Shown: positions 1-13,951 of the stretch, piece by piece
Layout: each line of letters starts with the position of its first letter
How positions within the stretch are numbered: position 1 is the stretch's first letter
NCBI GenBank assembly: GCA_964016885.1
Contig: OZ024746.1
Coordinates: forward strand, 66,030,001-66,094,000
Direction of reading: 5' to 3'
DNA from: Eledone cirrhosa
Lineage: Eukaryota
DNA length: 64,000 bases
Notes under the pieces: model-generated
What the model saw: only the letters and a program-made list of their open reading frames with translations
Told to the model about the DNA's origin: nothing
Databases searched by the model: none
Position numbers and translations under genes: made by a program

Positions 1-522
1 ATTTCTCACTCTTAGTACGGCTGTTACTTAAATATAAGTATGTACACGTACATACATATATGTATACAGACGTACAGTAGTATGTATATATATATATATA
101 TATACATACATGCACACATATATATATATATATTTATACGTATGGATTCACCGAACATTTATTATAATGCTCGGTGTGTTTGTAAAGAAACATCCCGTAT
201 TAAGCCGTACAATGTCTGGCAACCATCGTTGCTCATTTGTTCAACACTGACAAAGGAACGCTGTACTACTTTCAAGCTTATTAGCTATCGTCAGCAACGT
301 ATACCTTCCTGCCAGATGATTGGACGTCTGAAAGTATATACTTTCCTTATGCATATTAACGGCTGAGCAGCATAATTTGCATATCGTGTGAGTTAATCGG
401 CCGGGGTACCGAAAACGATAAACGGAAAAAAATGAAACGAAATTTCATTTCTCACTCTTAGTACGGCTGTTACTTAAATATAAGTTTGTATACGTACATA
501 CATATATATATATGTGTGCATG

Positions 523-567
<45 letters not shown>

Positions 568-614
568 ACATACAACTGTACGTCTGTATACATATGTGTA
601 TGTACGTATACATA

Positions 615-705
<91 letters not shown>

Positions 706-844
706 TTCGTTTCTGAATTTGTTTAGCAAGATACTTTATCTGAAAACGTCTGTTGAAACCGATATTGTTATACTCTGGGAGGGTCATGTTGCCAATACGA
801 AACACACGAACCAAGTGCTTTCACTTCAATTTATTATAAATTAA

Positions 845-1795
845 ATTCATAAATTTAAGAATTTATAAATTTCCGGTTGGTTGGTTAGTTCCACAACCGG
901 ACGGTTGTTCATATATTGTCAAAGATTTTTTGTCACACATTCTGTGACCTCTTCAGTAAAAGGGGATTCTTTTATTTGTTTTATGACTCTCCTTTGTTCT
1001 GTCCTACGCCATCTAGTTTTTGTGTGTGTTGTGTTCTTAGTTTGCGCATGTGTTACATCCGGGTGTCTGTGTGTGTTTTTTATTTGTTTATTTATTAGTT
1101 TATTTACATGTTACTGGTTGGTTCTTTGTTCTATGTGTGTGTGTTTTCATTGTGTCCTTAATTGTAAGTTGTGATGTTGCTATTACATTCATGTTTTCTA
1201 TTTAATTTTGGCTGGAGTTCTTTTATGTTTATTGCCTCTGTAATTTGTCTAAACATTGCGTCTTTTCAGTGTGTATATTTAATTTTATTTCTATGTTCTC
1301 TAATTTGCCCTGATGCTCTACTTTAGCATGTTACTGGAGTACTGATGAATCTTCTCTATCTTGAAGCTCTCGCCAGTGTTCATTTAATCGTTCTCCTATA
1401 CAAGAGCTGTTTCACCGATGTAAACTATATTCTCATCTTTACATTGTCCTTCAGTACATCTTATGCTATATACTATGTTTCTAGTTTTATGGTTAATATG
1501 GGCGCTTAGTTTACAGATTATGCATTTCTTATCTATACAGAGAGTTCTTTGAAAAGGGTATGTATTACTAATAAGTGTTTTTATGGAGGTACCTGGTCTT
1601 TCTACTATCTTAATATTTAGTTTAAGTTTATCTAGGGCCATTCTAAATTTGTAAGGTAATTCACCTCTGGCCTTAGCTCCAAGATAGAAAATATTCATCA
1701 GTACTCCACCAACATGCTAAAATAGGACATAAGGGCAAATTAGAGAACATAGAAATAAAAATAACATATACACACAGAAAAGACGCAATGTTTAG
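845..1795 (-). mobile_element. Decayed Penelope-like element 3' fragment (GIY-YIG endonuclease) with inverted duplication
   Basis: The minus strand encodes CxxxxCxxC...RNIVYSIRC...C...VYIGET*ERLNEH (GIY-YIG with CCHH-type residues, interrupted by stops). 1692-1795 is an inverted copy of about 1248-1350. The left boundary is approximate. Confidence 0.75.
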
Positions 1796-1952
1796 ATGGC
1801 TGTCACCGACATATATATATAGCAGTAATAAACTAAGCCAAGTTTTAAACATTTGACATATTTATTTTATTTTACATTACTCCGGAGTAACCAAACCAAG
1901 CTGCGCGATTCGTCGACTGGTCCAATCTGCATCCTAAGGTATATACTAACAT

Positions 1953-2111
<159 letters not shown>

Positions 2112-2148
2112 AGACACACATACATATATATATATATATATTTACATG

Positions 2149-2179
<31 letters not shown>

Positions 2180-2877
2180 CTTTTCTGTGTATATTTCGCT
2201 AGATGATATATAATATTAGGCCTTTGATCATTTCTACATCTAATTTATTGTATATTACACTGTTTACACATATTAATCACCTTTGCTGTACTTTTCTATT
2301 GAAAAACAATTATATTTGTGTTTCATAGAAAATCTGTTCATCAGCTACATTAATGTTACACAGGAGCAACATTATTTCCCACTTCCTTTCATGAAACGTT
2401 TGCTCAACCATTTCTTTCCGCCATTCCTGATAAAATATTAATCTTTATTGTTAACGTAACAATATCGAAAACATGACAGATGTAAGAATTAGATAATACA
2501 GAAAACGTATACCAATAATCAGTGGTAGAACAAGGTAAAATCTATCTTCTTAGAAATTGTTTTGAAAGAAGAGAAATACACCAGCTTGTTCTGAGATTAG
2601 AAATATTTATGTATGAAAACCATGAACCATAATGTTATATTTCAAATCATCTGCTATATAGATATATGATTGAAAAAATGTTAAAACTACTTTAAATTGT
2701 TAAAATATAGAGAATAACTTGTATCAACCAGAGAATGATTCAATAATAAATTCGGATAGGACCAAACCAAATAATATTACAGAGTCAATATCAAAATGGA
2801 TTACACCCTCCATCACACACATACATGCGCATATACATGATATTTTCATTAATCCAACAACCAATGAGGATGTTGAA

Positions 2878-2944
<67 letters not shown>

Positions 2945-3058
2945 CATTTAATTTGGCTGGTTCACCACTGGGTAGAACTTGTCTTTCTGCAATGTTAACC
3001 GGCCTACTGTAATTTTACTCTATAATTATATATATATATATATATATATATACATAAG

Positions 3059-3150
<92 letters not shown>

Positions 3151-3246
3151 AAGGGAGGAATGATAGAGCTGGTGTAAACATATAATACACAGCTCAAATA
3201 GTTCAATGTATGAATTAAAATCATTTAAAAAGCTAATTTTTCCATT

Positions 3247-3277
<31 letters not shown>

Positions 3278-3290
3278 GTCTGTGTATGTG

Positions 3291-3333
<43 letters not shown>

Positions 3334-4302
3334 ATTCATCAACATATACATAGTCTTATAATATATATATATATATAACGCCATCACCATTGGCTGTTGA
3401 GTTAATAAAATTATCATTCTGCCAGACATTTAACTCTGCCGGATATCTGAAGTATAATATTCCATCTGGATATCTCTCCTCATAATAAATTATCTCGCTA
3501 ATAAATTTACGATTATTGAAAGCTCATCATTTTTTTAATTAGTTATTTTGATCATATTTAACTTTTTTTCCCAAATATATACTAAACAATATGTTGCAGT
3601 CAACATCATTAAATGGAATCAAATATATAACGAGAGGTAGTACAAACACGGTGCATTGTTAGACTACTTACAAAACTACCTACGTGGAGTTTTCTTTCAA
3701 ACGCCAGAATTCAAAGAATTACTGTCTATTCATGTACAAAGATTAATATATCAATTGATATACGTCAAGCTATCCACTGCATATACGATGGTAAATTGAG
3801 AGAAACATTTCAATCTTTATATATGTTTTCCTGGTAGATACGGGGCTTGCAAACAGTTCGGACAAATTTCCATCAATTTATAAACTAATCATGAAGTATT
3901 TCTATCAAGGGTGATTTTACTCGGTCACATTTTATAGCTAGCTGTCAAATGTCATTAAATAAAAATAAACGTTCTGTTCTCAAAGAGAAAATTCAATTGT
4001 GTTAGAGCAACATAAACAACTATTTGTTTATCAATAGGTAGGAGACTCTTCAAAAATTGTAAAATATGACTATATAGCAGACTGGCCAGATCATCCAATA
4101 AAATACTTTGTGATATTTGGTTATTGCCGTTACGTGTTTCATTTTCCGTTGTTACAGAGTTGAGATCAGGAATTAGAGTTAATTTATTTGTATTGTAAAT
4201 ATGAGAGCTTCAAAACAAAAAAAGAAGTCTGCAAAACACATACTAACACACAAAACACACGCAAATAGAGAAACACATATATGTATATATACATATATAT
4301 AT

Positions 4303-4371
<69 letters not shown>

Positions 4372-4440
4372 TATGTATATATACATATATGTGTTTGTCT
4401 ATTTGCGTGTGTTTTGTGTACTAGTATGTGTTTTGCAGAC

Positions 4441-4472
<32 letters not shown>

Positions 4473-4780
4473 TAAGTGTAAGGAATTCTTTTACAATGGA
4501 ATTAGCTCGAAAGGAAATATTCCTGAGCCGTGTATAAAAGTAATATATATGAGTAATATATATGTTGAAACAGATACCAACATATCTGTATTTATATTGC
4601 AAAAGAAAGTTAGCCAGACTGAAGAATATTAATTATTATACCACAGTTCGTCCACATCGATTTAAAATAATAATAATAATAAATCGACAAAAACTAGTTG
4701 TGCTGCCAAATGGCAATGATGTTTATACATATTTAAATTTCAAAGTCAAACCTGTTCAGTAGATAAGTTTAAACCTCAAA

Positions 4781-4845
4781 ATCCAAACATGTTTCGAGAT
4801 GGATATAAGTGTAGGAATATCATGCCACTGCTCTCCTCAGTAAAC
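4781..4845 (-). ncRNA. Minimal type I hammerhead ribozyme candidate
   Basis: gttta-CTGAGGA-gag...ctc-GAAA-CATG-TT-tggat, with a palindromic AAACATGTTT stem III. Stem I is weak (three G-U pairs). Confidence 0.6.
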
Positions 4846-5243
4846 ATCCAGAGACAATTGATAAGCTTCACTTCTAAATAATTTAAAAGACTGTGTGACG
4901 CACATGGGTTCACAGATTCAGGCTAGTCTCATAACCGTACTGCTAGAAATAACAGTCGTATATATGAGGCGAAATTTAGCTCGACGAAGAGCCGTTATAT
5001 TAAGTGTAAGGAATTCTTTTACAATGGAATTAGCTCGAAAGGAAATATTCCTGAGCCGTGTATAAAAGTAATATATATGAGTAATATATATGTTGAAACA
5101 GATACCAACATATCTGTATTTATATTGCAAAAGAAAGTTAGCCAGACTGAAGAATATTAATTATTATACCACAGTTCGTCCACATCGATTTAAAATAATA
5201 ATAATAATAAATCGACAAAAACTAGTTGTGCTGCCAAATGGAT

Positions 5244-5308
5244 GTTTACTGAGGAGAGCAGTGGCATGATATTCCTACACTTATATCCATCTCGAAACAT
5301 GTTTGGAT
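5244..5308 (+). ncRNA. Minimal type I hammerhead ribozyme candidate (inverted copy)
   Basis: Reverse-complement copy of 4781-4845. Confidence 0.6.
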
Positions 5309-5547
5309 TTTGAGGTTTAAACTTATCTACTGAACAGGTTTGACTTTGAAATTTAAATATGTATAAACATCATTGCCATTTGGCAGCACAACTAGTTTTT
5401 GTCGATTTATTATTATTATTATTTTAAATCGATGTGGACGAACTGTGGTATAATAATTAATATTCTTCAGTCTGGCTAACTTTCTTTTGCAATATAAATA
5501 CAGATATGTTGGTATCTGTTTCAACATATATATTACTCATATATATT

Positions 5548-5630
<83 letters not shown>

Positions 5631-5660
5631 AAATCAAAAGATGGTTAAAAGAGTTCCATG

Positions 5661-5731
5661 TATTTTATTAGGCGCATTTCAAAAACAAATATCATCATGG
5701 GTTGATATTTGTGTTCTCATCAGATAAAATA
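5661..5731 (-). ncRNA. Minimal type I hammerhead ribozyme
   Basis: tattttat-CTGATGA-long stem II (acaaatatca/tgatatttgt)-GAAA-TGCGCC-TA-ataaaata, with a perfect 8-bp stem I. Confidence 0.85.
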
Positions 5732-7152
5732 GGGAGGCATGATATGAAGCTTAAAAAACACTTGCGACCAGTGAAGTGTTAAATCAACATAAGAAAAATA
5801 AAATAAGATGGGTATATGAGATTGGAAAAAATGAAAGGAAGGGGGGAAGGAAAAGGTAAGGAAGAGGAAGAAAGAAAATAGATAGAAAAAAACATATAAT
5901 AATAAGGAAATGATGACGGAGGAGGAGTATAAGAAGGAAGAATGAGGAGCAGAAGATGAGTGAGAGAGAGAGATAACCTTTAATACTGAGAAACACTGTC
6001 TTAGAGAAAAATAAAATAAAACGTTGTAAGATAATACATAATTTAAAAAATTAAGAAATGAAAAGTTAATGAGGTTTATGAATGTTGATGCTTATGATTA
6101 AAGAAAAAGGAATTAAGAATAGTATTTATTTAAGGTTTATATATTGAAGGGTTTAATAAGATGTGCGAAAAGGAATATATTAAAATGTATTATTAAAATA
6201 AAATATATTAAGAAGATAAGGTGAATGAAGATAAGGTTAAATGAATTATGAACTTAGAGGAATTAATTAGGGTCCAAATTTGTTCCTATATATTGTAATA
6301 GGAAAAAGTAAATAATAGATTTAATACGAGCATGGAAGGAGAGAAGAAAGAAAACATTCAAGGAAGAAAAAAATATATAACGTCAAAAAGATATGTTTAC
6401 AAAATTTCTCTAATGGTAATATTAGTATATATTACAAATAAAATTTGTATGGTCGAGAATATAAGGAAAATGCTATAGTGAGTTATAAGATGAATTAAGA
6501 AGTAATTGAGAAGTAAAAGTTGAAGATTAAAGATTATAAATAAAGAAGAAGAAAATTAGGGGACCGCTAATGACATAGTATGAGTAACATTCTATAATAT
6601 ACTGAAGTAATGTAGAAAGATGGGTATATTTGTAAAAAATATAAAAACCTTTCAGAAAAAAGATTTTAAACTAATTAGGTAGTAAGATATTAGCTGTATA
6701 CTCTATGGAAAGTTCTATGGGATTCATGCAAGGAGAACGAAAATAAATCCGTACGTCTAATTAAAATTAGAGATAATGGTAAATGTCTCCGATAGGTAGA
6801 GATTACATGTTCTGGATAGGGAAGATTTAAGATGCGTTGCAAACCTTTCTCCAAGAAATGTTTTAGTTAATATTTTTGTCCTTTAAGGACCATATGAGTT
6901 CTGAGAGTGCTGTGTTAGTTCTTTTAAGTTGGTATTTAAAAGAAGACTTGTGATTATAAAATCTTGCTTTAAAGGAAGTGGAAATGGAACCAAAATAGGT
7001 AAAAGAATTAGTACCAGTTATAACCTTTTCATACACAAAATGTTTATCAAGACATTGGTTACTAAGAGTACATTTAGTTCTAATAGGGCAATTGCAATTA
7101 CGATTAGAGAAATTACCAGAGTTATTAGCAAGTGACCCAGTATTATTTATAC

Positions 7153-7337
7153 GGCGGTGCATTGGCAGTATCGGTAGAGGGTCGGACGCCATGCTTTCCA
7201 ACATAGTTACGTCCCATTACGATCTGAGTTCAAATCCGGCCGAGGTTGACTTTGCCTGTCATCCTTACGGTGTCGATAAAATAAAGTACCAGTAATGCAC
7301 TGGGTAATTGCTGGCCTTGTGCCTAAAGTAGAAACAA
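7153..7337 (+). mobile_element. tRNA-derived SINE (Meta-like central domain)
   Basis: A box TGGCAGTATCGG, B box GAGTTCAAATCC, core GCCTTTCATCCTTACGGGGTCGATAAAATAAAGTACCAG (family consensus), TSD about tatttata. Confidence 0.9.
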
Positions 7338-7514
7338 CTATTTATAGAAGAAATTGATTTGGAGAAGTTACTTACAATACTTGCTAAAGTTTCCTGATTT
7401 AGATTGGTATTATGAACATTCGACAAAGTTACGTTTGACGTCGTATTTAAATTTACGGAATCTAGCCTAGAGTTAACATTGACGTCGGGCTTACTATTGT
7501 TATTATTATGACGC

Positions 7515-7694
7515 TGGATTGGCAGTATCGGTAGAGGGTCAGACGCCATGCTTTCCAGCATAGTTACGTCCCTTTACGATCTGAGTTCAAATCCCGCCGA
7601 GGTTGACTTTGCCTTTCATCCTTACGGGGTCGATAAAATAAAGTACCAGTAATGCACTGAGTAATTGCTGGCCTTGTGTCAAAAGTAGAAACAA
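7515..7694 (+). mobile_element. SINE, same family
   Basis: Near-identical sequence; TSD attattatgacgct. Confidence 0.9.
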
Positions 7695-9300
7695 TTATTA
7701 TGACGCTCAGTGTTCGATGGATATGATTTATTACTTAATATTTTAGTATTATGTTTTGAGATAATGTTATAGATGTTGGACGTGATGGAATAAGAGAATT
7801 TAATTGTATGCTTATTAAAGATCTTACTATAAATATTTGAAGGAGGGAAGCATTTAATTAAGGCCCTAAAAAGTAGTTTAGGAATATTACTAATAATGAT
7901 TTCTTTATTTAGATAGAGAAAAAGGAGCGTTGAAACAAATCATATTTTTATATCTAGGTCTTTTCTTTAAGCTATTGGAATTCTTATAACTAACTATATT
8001 ACTATAAGTTCCTCTATGATTGGTTTCTTTACTGTATTTAATTTTTTTTTCAGGATAACCGGCTCTGGAAAGCGCATTGTTGTAATAATTGGCTTTAGCG
8101 TCAAAGATAAGTTTAGTAGAAGATAGATTTGAGATTCTTTTTTCAACATTACTGACTATAGTATTTTTAACGTTAATAGGGTGGTTAGATTTAAAATTAA
8201 CATAATTTAGATTGTCATTGTCTTTATGGTAAGGGTAATATAGTGCGGTGTCAAGATTAAGGGATATAGCCAGGAAGTTAGCTAGTTTGACGTTGTTTTC
8301 AAATTCAATTTTTAATTTATGGTCCTTAAATAGATCAAGTATATTATTCTTAATTATATTAACGTTAACTAAGTTACAGTTTAAGACAGTAAAAAGGGCA
8401 TCGTCACGATAAATTCCACCGCGAACTTGAGGAATTTTCCGATTTAAATAATTCAAAATAAAGATTCCAATCACGTCCGTCAATTGCACTGAATCCGACG
8501 AACCGATTGTGATATCAAAATTGTTGGAAGTATTAGCTATAGTCATATATTCATTGTTGAATTCCAGGATAATTTTTATTTTTTTATATATTCTAATATT
8601 ACCATTAGAGAAATTTTGTAAACATATTTTTTTGACGTTATATATTTTTTCTTCCTTGAATTTTTTCTTTCTTCTCTCCTTCCATGCTCGTATTAAATCT
8701 ATTATTTACTTTTTCCTATTACAATATATAGAAACAAACTTGGAGCCTAATTAATTCCTCTAAGTTCATAATTCATTTAAGCTTATCTTCATTCACCTTA
8801 TCTTCTTAATATATTTTATTTTAATAATACATTTTAATAAATTCCTTTTCGCACATCTTATTAAACCCTTCAATATATAAACCTTAAATAAATAGTATTC
8901 TTAATTCCTTTTTCTTTAATCATAAGCATCAATATTCATAAACCTCATTAACTTTTCATTTCTTAATTTTTTAAATTATGTATTATCTTACAACGTTTTA
9001 TTTTATTTTTCTCTGTGAGACAGTGTTTTTCAGTATTAAAGGTTATCTCTCTCTCTCTCTCTCTCACTCATTTTCTCCTCCTCCTCAGACTTCCTTCGTA
9101 TACTCCTCCTCCGTCATCCTTTCGTTATTATCATATTTTTTCTTCTATCTATATTCTTTCTTCCTCTTCCTTACCTTTTCCTTCCCCCCTTCCTTTCCTT
9201 TTTTCCAATCTCATATATCCATCTTATTTTATTTTTCATATGTTGATTTAACATTTCACTGCTCGCAAGTGTTTTTTAAGCTTCATATCATGTCTCCCTC

Positions 9301-9367
9301 TTTTATCTCATGAGAACGCAAATATCATCCCAGGATGATATTTGTTTTTGAAATGCGCATAATAAAA
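9301..9367 (+). ncRNA. Minimal type I hammerhead ribozyme (core mutated to CTCATGA)
   Basis: Inverted copy of 5661-5731. It keeps the palindromic GAAA-TGCGCA-TA. Confidence 0.8.
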
Positions 9368-9533
9368 TACATAGAACTCTTTTAACCATCTTTTGATTTT
9401 ATATTATTTATACTCCAGTCCTATAAACTGTTGAGTGCTACTTATCCGATATTTGCATTGCTTTATTGTGCTACAATAAAACTCACCTCCTACATATATA
9501 TATATATATATGTATGGAATAATTGAGGCCTCG

Positions 9534-9580
<47 letters not shown>

Positions 9581-9659
9581 TAAGAAGATAATAGGGATGT
9601 AAACAAGAGAAGAAAAGGTGCCCTTTATCAGCTGTTTACTGCGGATCATAGATATTTCG

Positions 9660-9730
<71 letters not shown>

Positions 9731-10780
9731 TCGTTAGATAGTTAGTTACATAATAGTGGAGCGCAACGCTATGTACTCAGACACAATAATGAATTATTGA
9801 AACAAATAAACAGTACTAGAAATCCACATCTTTATTGGTAGGTACTCTTCAACCCCTTATAGCCTCATTTTATCTATCTATTTAACCATAACAATCTACA
9901 TAGCAATAACTGAAAGATAGTACCACCATTTTCGTTCGATTCTTCATGTTAAATGCGTATTCAATGACGTTCATGAGGCTTGTCCAGAAAGGTAACGTTC
10001 TGTCTTCGAACCTAACAAATACAACCACTGTCAACAAGACCCATGAAACATGGAGTCTGTTGCTTGCTATACGAAGCTGGTTATTCGGTCTTCTCAACTG
10101 ACACCGCTGGCAGCCGCAACCTCCCCAGGACATATCTTTGAGAAGTTTCGACATGTAACCGTTTACTTATACTATCGAGCAGACGCTACTGTTCATTATG
10201 TTAATCAGACATATAAAGGTTCCACTGAAACAAGTTGTTCTTAAGCCAGAGGATAGGTAACCATGATCGAAAATCCCGTATGATTTAGAATGATCTACAA
10301 TGATCAGAACTACTGCGGATGTCAAATCTAGTACATAGGCTCTAAACGATGTATCACATAAATTTAGTTAATTAGCTCCTTTTATGGTCTGATATCCTCT
10401 GTTCTAAATTCCTTATTAAATTGGAAAGATTCTATTCAGATATTCCTTTTTAATGAGATCCAACACCAGCTATTAACAATTATCGAAATTAATTTCAGAT
10501 TGGCAATTTCAACCAAACGATTTCTGAAATACTCAATAGTTGACAATGTTACATTGAATTTTAAGTATGAATACCCCACATTTTAGTTTTATAAATACTT
10601 TTAAAATTGTCCATGTATATTCAGTGACAGTAGACGTTGTCTAATCTTTATGTTGTACGGCATACCGCGATAAGTGCTGATTATCCAGATGTACTTTCAT
10701 TTCCAAATCTTAAATATTCATTTAATATTTCGGACTCATGTAAGTAATTGCGATAATAATTCATATAATATAATATAAAA

Positions 10781-10939
10781 TAATTGTTTCTACATTTGGC
10801 ACAAGGACAGCAATTATCCAGTGCATTACTGGTACTTTATTTTATCGACCCCGTAAGGATGAAAGTCTAAGTTAACCTCGGCGGGATTTGAACTCAGATT
10901 GGAAAGGGCCATAACTCTATGCATCAAAGCATGGCGTCC
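10781..10939 (-). mobile_element. SINE, same family, 5'-truncated
   Basis: Reverse-complement match to the family. Confidence 0.85.
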
Positions 10940-11814
10940 TATAATATAATATAGTATGATATAACATAATATATTTAAATAATATGTTCATACACAATTC
11001 CACATAATCACTACAAATTTACTACAAAAGAATGGTGTTACCGTTAATTCATTTAGAATTTAATGTTTCTATTGGATTGAAACAAAAGCGAAATTCAGCC
11101 GTGATGCGTTACGTTTATTCAAACGGAACACCTTCATAACTATAATATAGCAAATCATATGTATTTAAGAGGAAATTAATCACTTTACAATAATATATTA
11201 ATTTCAATAAGTTAAAAATTTAAAAGCAGACCACAGGAAATTACATGTTTATATATCACAGCGTTTATTTTTTTATTTATTGTATACGATTAAGAACAGC
11301 AACATAATGCTTTTGATATCTTAATGCTATACTAATCTTAATTTACAAAACAAGACACGTATGGAAAGATTATAAAGTGTTTGTAATTACACAAAGGCCA
11401 ATATGCTTTCAGATAAACTTTATTGGAAAAAAGCGTGATATGATTTGAAATTAATTTCACTAAATGTATAATAAAATGAAAAGAAAAAAAAGAGCAGACT
11501 CAACAAATAACTACAATAGCATTTTCTGCTTTGTTTCAGTCATTAAGGTATTTTCACGTTAATAACCTCATAATATTAATAATAAGATGTATTAAATTGG
11601 CAATGTTTTAAAGGCTAGTACATTCCTTGATTATGTTTGTATTTATATAAATTAACTTGGTTTAATTTGATTGATTGAAAATTATTGGATTTCAAACGTT
11701 ACGTGATCGAATTTTGACATTATATTCCTGTATATGATACTCGATAAATATATGTATACGCATTTTATAGCATTTGTTTCACTTTAATATACCCAAAAAT
11801 ATATGTGAAGGCAC

Positions 11815-12105
11815 GTTGCGTTGTGGTTGGGGAGTCTGTCGTGAGTCTGCGTTCGTTTCTGGATCGCTCGATGTGCTGTGTCCTACAGCAAAACGTGTTT
11901 CTTCAGTTCAATCAGCCGTAGAAATCAGTTACAGCTTTTTCCTTTACCTTGGAATAAATCGGTTGCGTGGAAAAGGGAGACAGTTATGCATAGGTGACTG
12001 TTTTAATTCCAGAAAAAAGCACTTTGCTTGAGTGTGTGCTTCAGAGGGGAAAGTTCTAGATACCAATCCCATGGTTATTCTTGACCGAAGGTGGTCTAAA
12101 CTTTA
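11815..12105 (+). mobile_element. Old, degenerate SINE of a different family (CORE-like)
   Basis: A B-box-like gttcgtttc followed by gctgtgtcctacagcaaaacgtgttt...cagttcaatcagccgtagaaatcagt, which resembles CORE-type bodies. Confidence 0.4.
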
Positions 12106-12106
12106 A

Positions 12107-12159
<53 letters not shown>

Positions 12160-12190
12160 CACATATACACACATGCATACACACACACGC

Positions 12191-12238
<48 letters not shown>

Positions 12239-13951
12239 GACTTCTACAGGACTATATATATGTTTGTATTTGTATTCTTATATAAATATATATGTATTCT
12301 TATTCTCTACTAGCGTATCGAGTACCTTATTTAACTCTGGCTATTTCCCAATTAACTTCGGGATACTACCATTATATATATATATATACACAATCAAATA
12401 TGTTCCTGAAATAATGCGAATAACAGATGAAACGCAACTACGAATCAACTAAGAACATATTGCATTACTGAAATATTATGTTGATTAAATCCCCGCCCGC
12501 AAACAATGTAGTCGCTAGTATTTCATGCACATTGTTTAGTGTCTTAGATGTTACTCTCCCGTAAATATTACCACATATTTATCAGGTAATAATATATCCC
12601 CCTGCATCAGAGGTAGCGTTTATTACAGCAGGAATTATCAGGAAAATGCTACAAATGAAGAACACTACAGGGTATTAATATCAAACAGCGAATACTCGAA
12701 CTAGAACAGACGCATCTAATAGATTATAATTTCATAAACATGATGAGTTGTTTGTCTAACTCGGACAATAATTCTATTAGTAATAATGCAGGCATCTATA
12801 TTTGCAATGATAGAGCCCCACATCAATACCCTTTAAATAAGATATGCTAATGCGCAATAGCAACACAAATACCTTTTATGATATAGACACTAATGCGGCA
12901 ACTAGTTTAACGAATTTTATACTATTAAAATAAAGATGGAAGGCATCGCACTTCTACCGACAATGTAGTTTAGAAACGGAATGAAGAGATTCTAAAATAC
13001 GTGCTAAACTAGTTACAAATTTGAGCGGCTAATCCATAGAAGATTGTGAAGAGGGGGTGGTAAATATAATTTGCATAATATCTAATGTTTAGCTATAATC
13101 AAGCAGTAGAAGGAGTTAATTAACAAAAGTATTGAGATAATTACCGGATGCGTGGTTAGGTTTAGAAAAACAAACTCAATCTACCGATTTAAATATTCAC
13201 ATATAAAATAGTAATTAACGTGGTGGGACCATTACTAACTATACACGAACACTATAAGAAACAAATAGCAAACATTACATATATTAGGTAGATTCCAATA
13301 TATCTCGTGTACCTCTCTAACTCCTTTAGATAAAGCGGTTCAAATATCTGTTCATTATATATTTATTTTTATTTAACCTATTATTTATACATTTGCATTC
13401 ATTAATATATGATTGATACGTACACACGCATGTATTATGCGTGGTTGCAAATTGGTGCGTGCGTGTATAGATGTGTATATGAGAGTGAAAGTATATGTAT
13501 GATAGTGCGAGTGTATGAGAGCACAAGTATATGTATGATAGTGCGAGTGTATGAGAGCACATACGGATGTAGGTTAACGTGTGGGTGTGGATGTGGGAGT
13601 ATGTGTGCATATAATTGCGGGTGTTGGTGTGCGTGTAAAGTTCTCCATATGTATAGACATCTATGTCTGGGCGCGCACATGTGTGTGTGTGTGTGTGTAT
13701 TATGGCGTGTATATCCACATGCCTAATGTTCAGAAATATTTTGCAATAAATTTCACATGTTGCTGTTTTCATCTCTTAATCTCTCACACATCGCCGTTTA
13801 ATATTGTTTACATGTTAATTTTTTACAAAGCTTCTCCTTTGCTTATGCCTCATTCACAAAATCTCCACCAAAATATGAGGTTATCCTTCACAAAACTGTA
13901 CATAACTTAACGCCTTAACATTTTAAAGCCTCTAAAGTACACTTGGTATTC

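Larger units (their letters stand above)
4471..5552 (-). mobile_element. Non-coding, hammerhead-bearing mini-PLE / retrozyme-like insertion (528-bp unit, partial tandem copy, inverted copy)
   Basis: 4999-5240 repeats 4471-4712 (period 528). 5241-5552 is the reverse complement of about 4537-4848. (TA)n lies on both sides and there is no meaningful ORF. Confidence 0.75.
6700..8560 (-). pseudogene. PLE RT-GIY-YIG ORF remnant
   Basis: ORF pieces 7905-8546 and 6863-7140, broken by frameshifts and SINE insertions. Confidence 0.85.
5625..9493 (-). mobile_element. 5'-truncated, decayed Penelope-like element with inverted 3' copy
   Basis: RT (GGIYRDD, YYPYHK, SNHP) at 7905-8546 and endonuclease region (CNCPIRTKC...VY...YFG...FKARFYNHKSSF) at about 6700-7140, both homologous to the intact ORF at 42-44 kb. 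About 8572-9403 is an inverted copy of about 5625-6444. (TA)n flanks, two nested SINEs. Confidence 0.9.

Noticed and set aside
905-960. Minus-strand CTGAAGA-gtcac/gtgac hairpin as the HHR of the 1.2-1.7 kb PLE fragment
   Set aside because: GAAA and the cleavage triplet are absent. It is possibly a decayed HHR but cannot be supported.
4619-4705. Plus-strand CTGAAGA...AACTAGTT as a second-polarity hammerhead in the 528-bp unit
   Set aside because: No GAAA and no convincing stem I.
7153-7250. tRNA gene suggested by A and B boxes
   Set aside because: No cloverleaf. It is the head of a multicopy SINE with TSDs.
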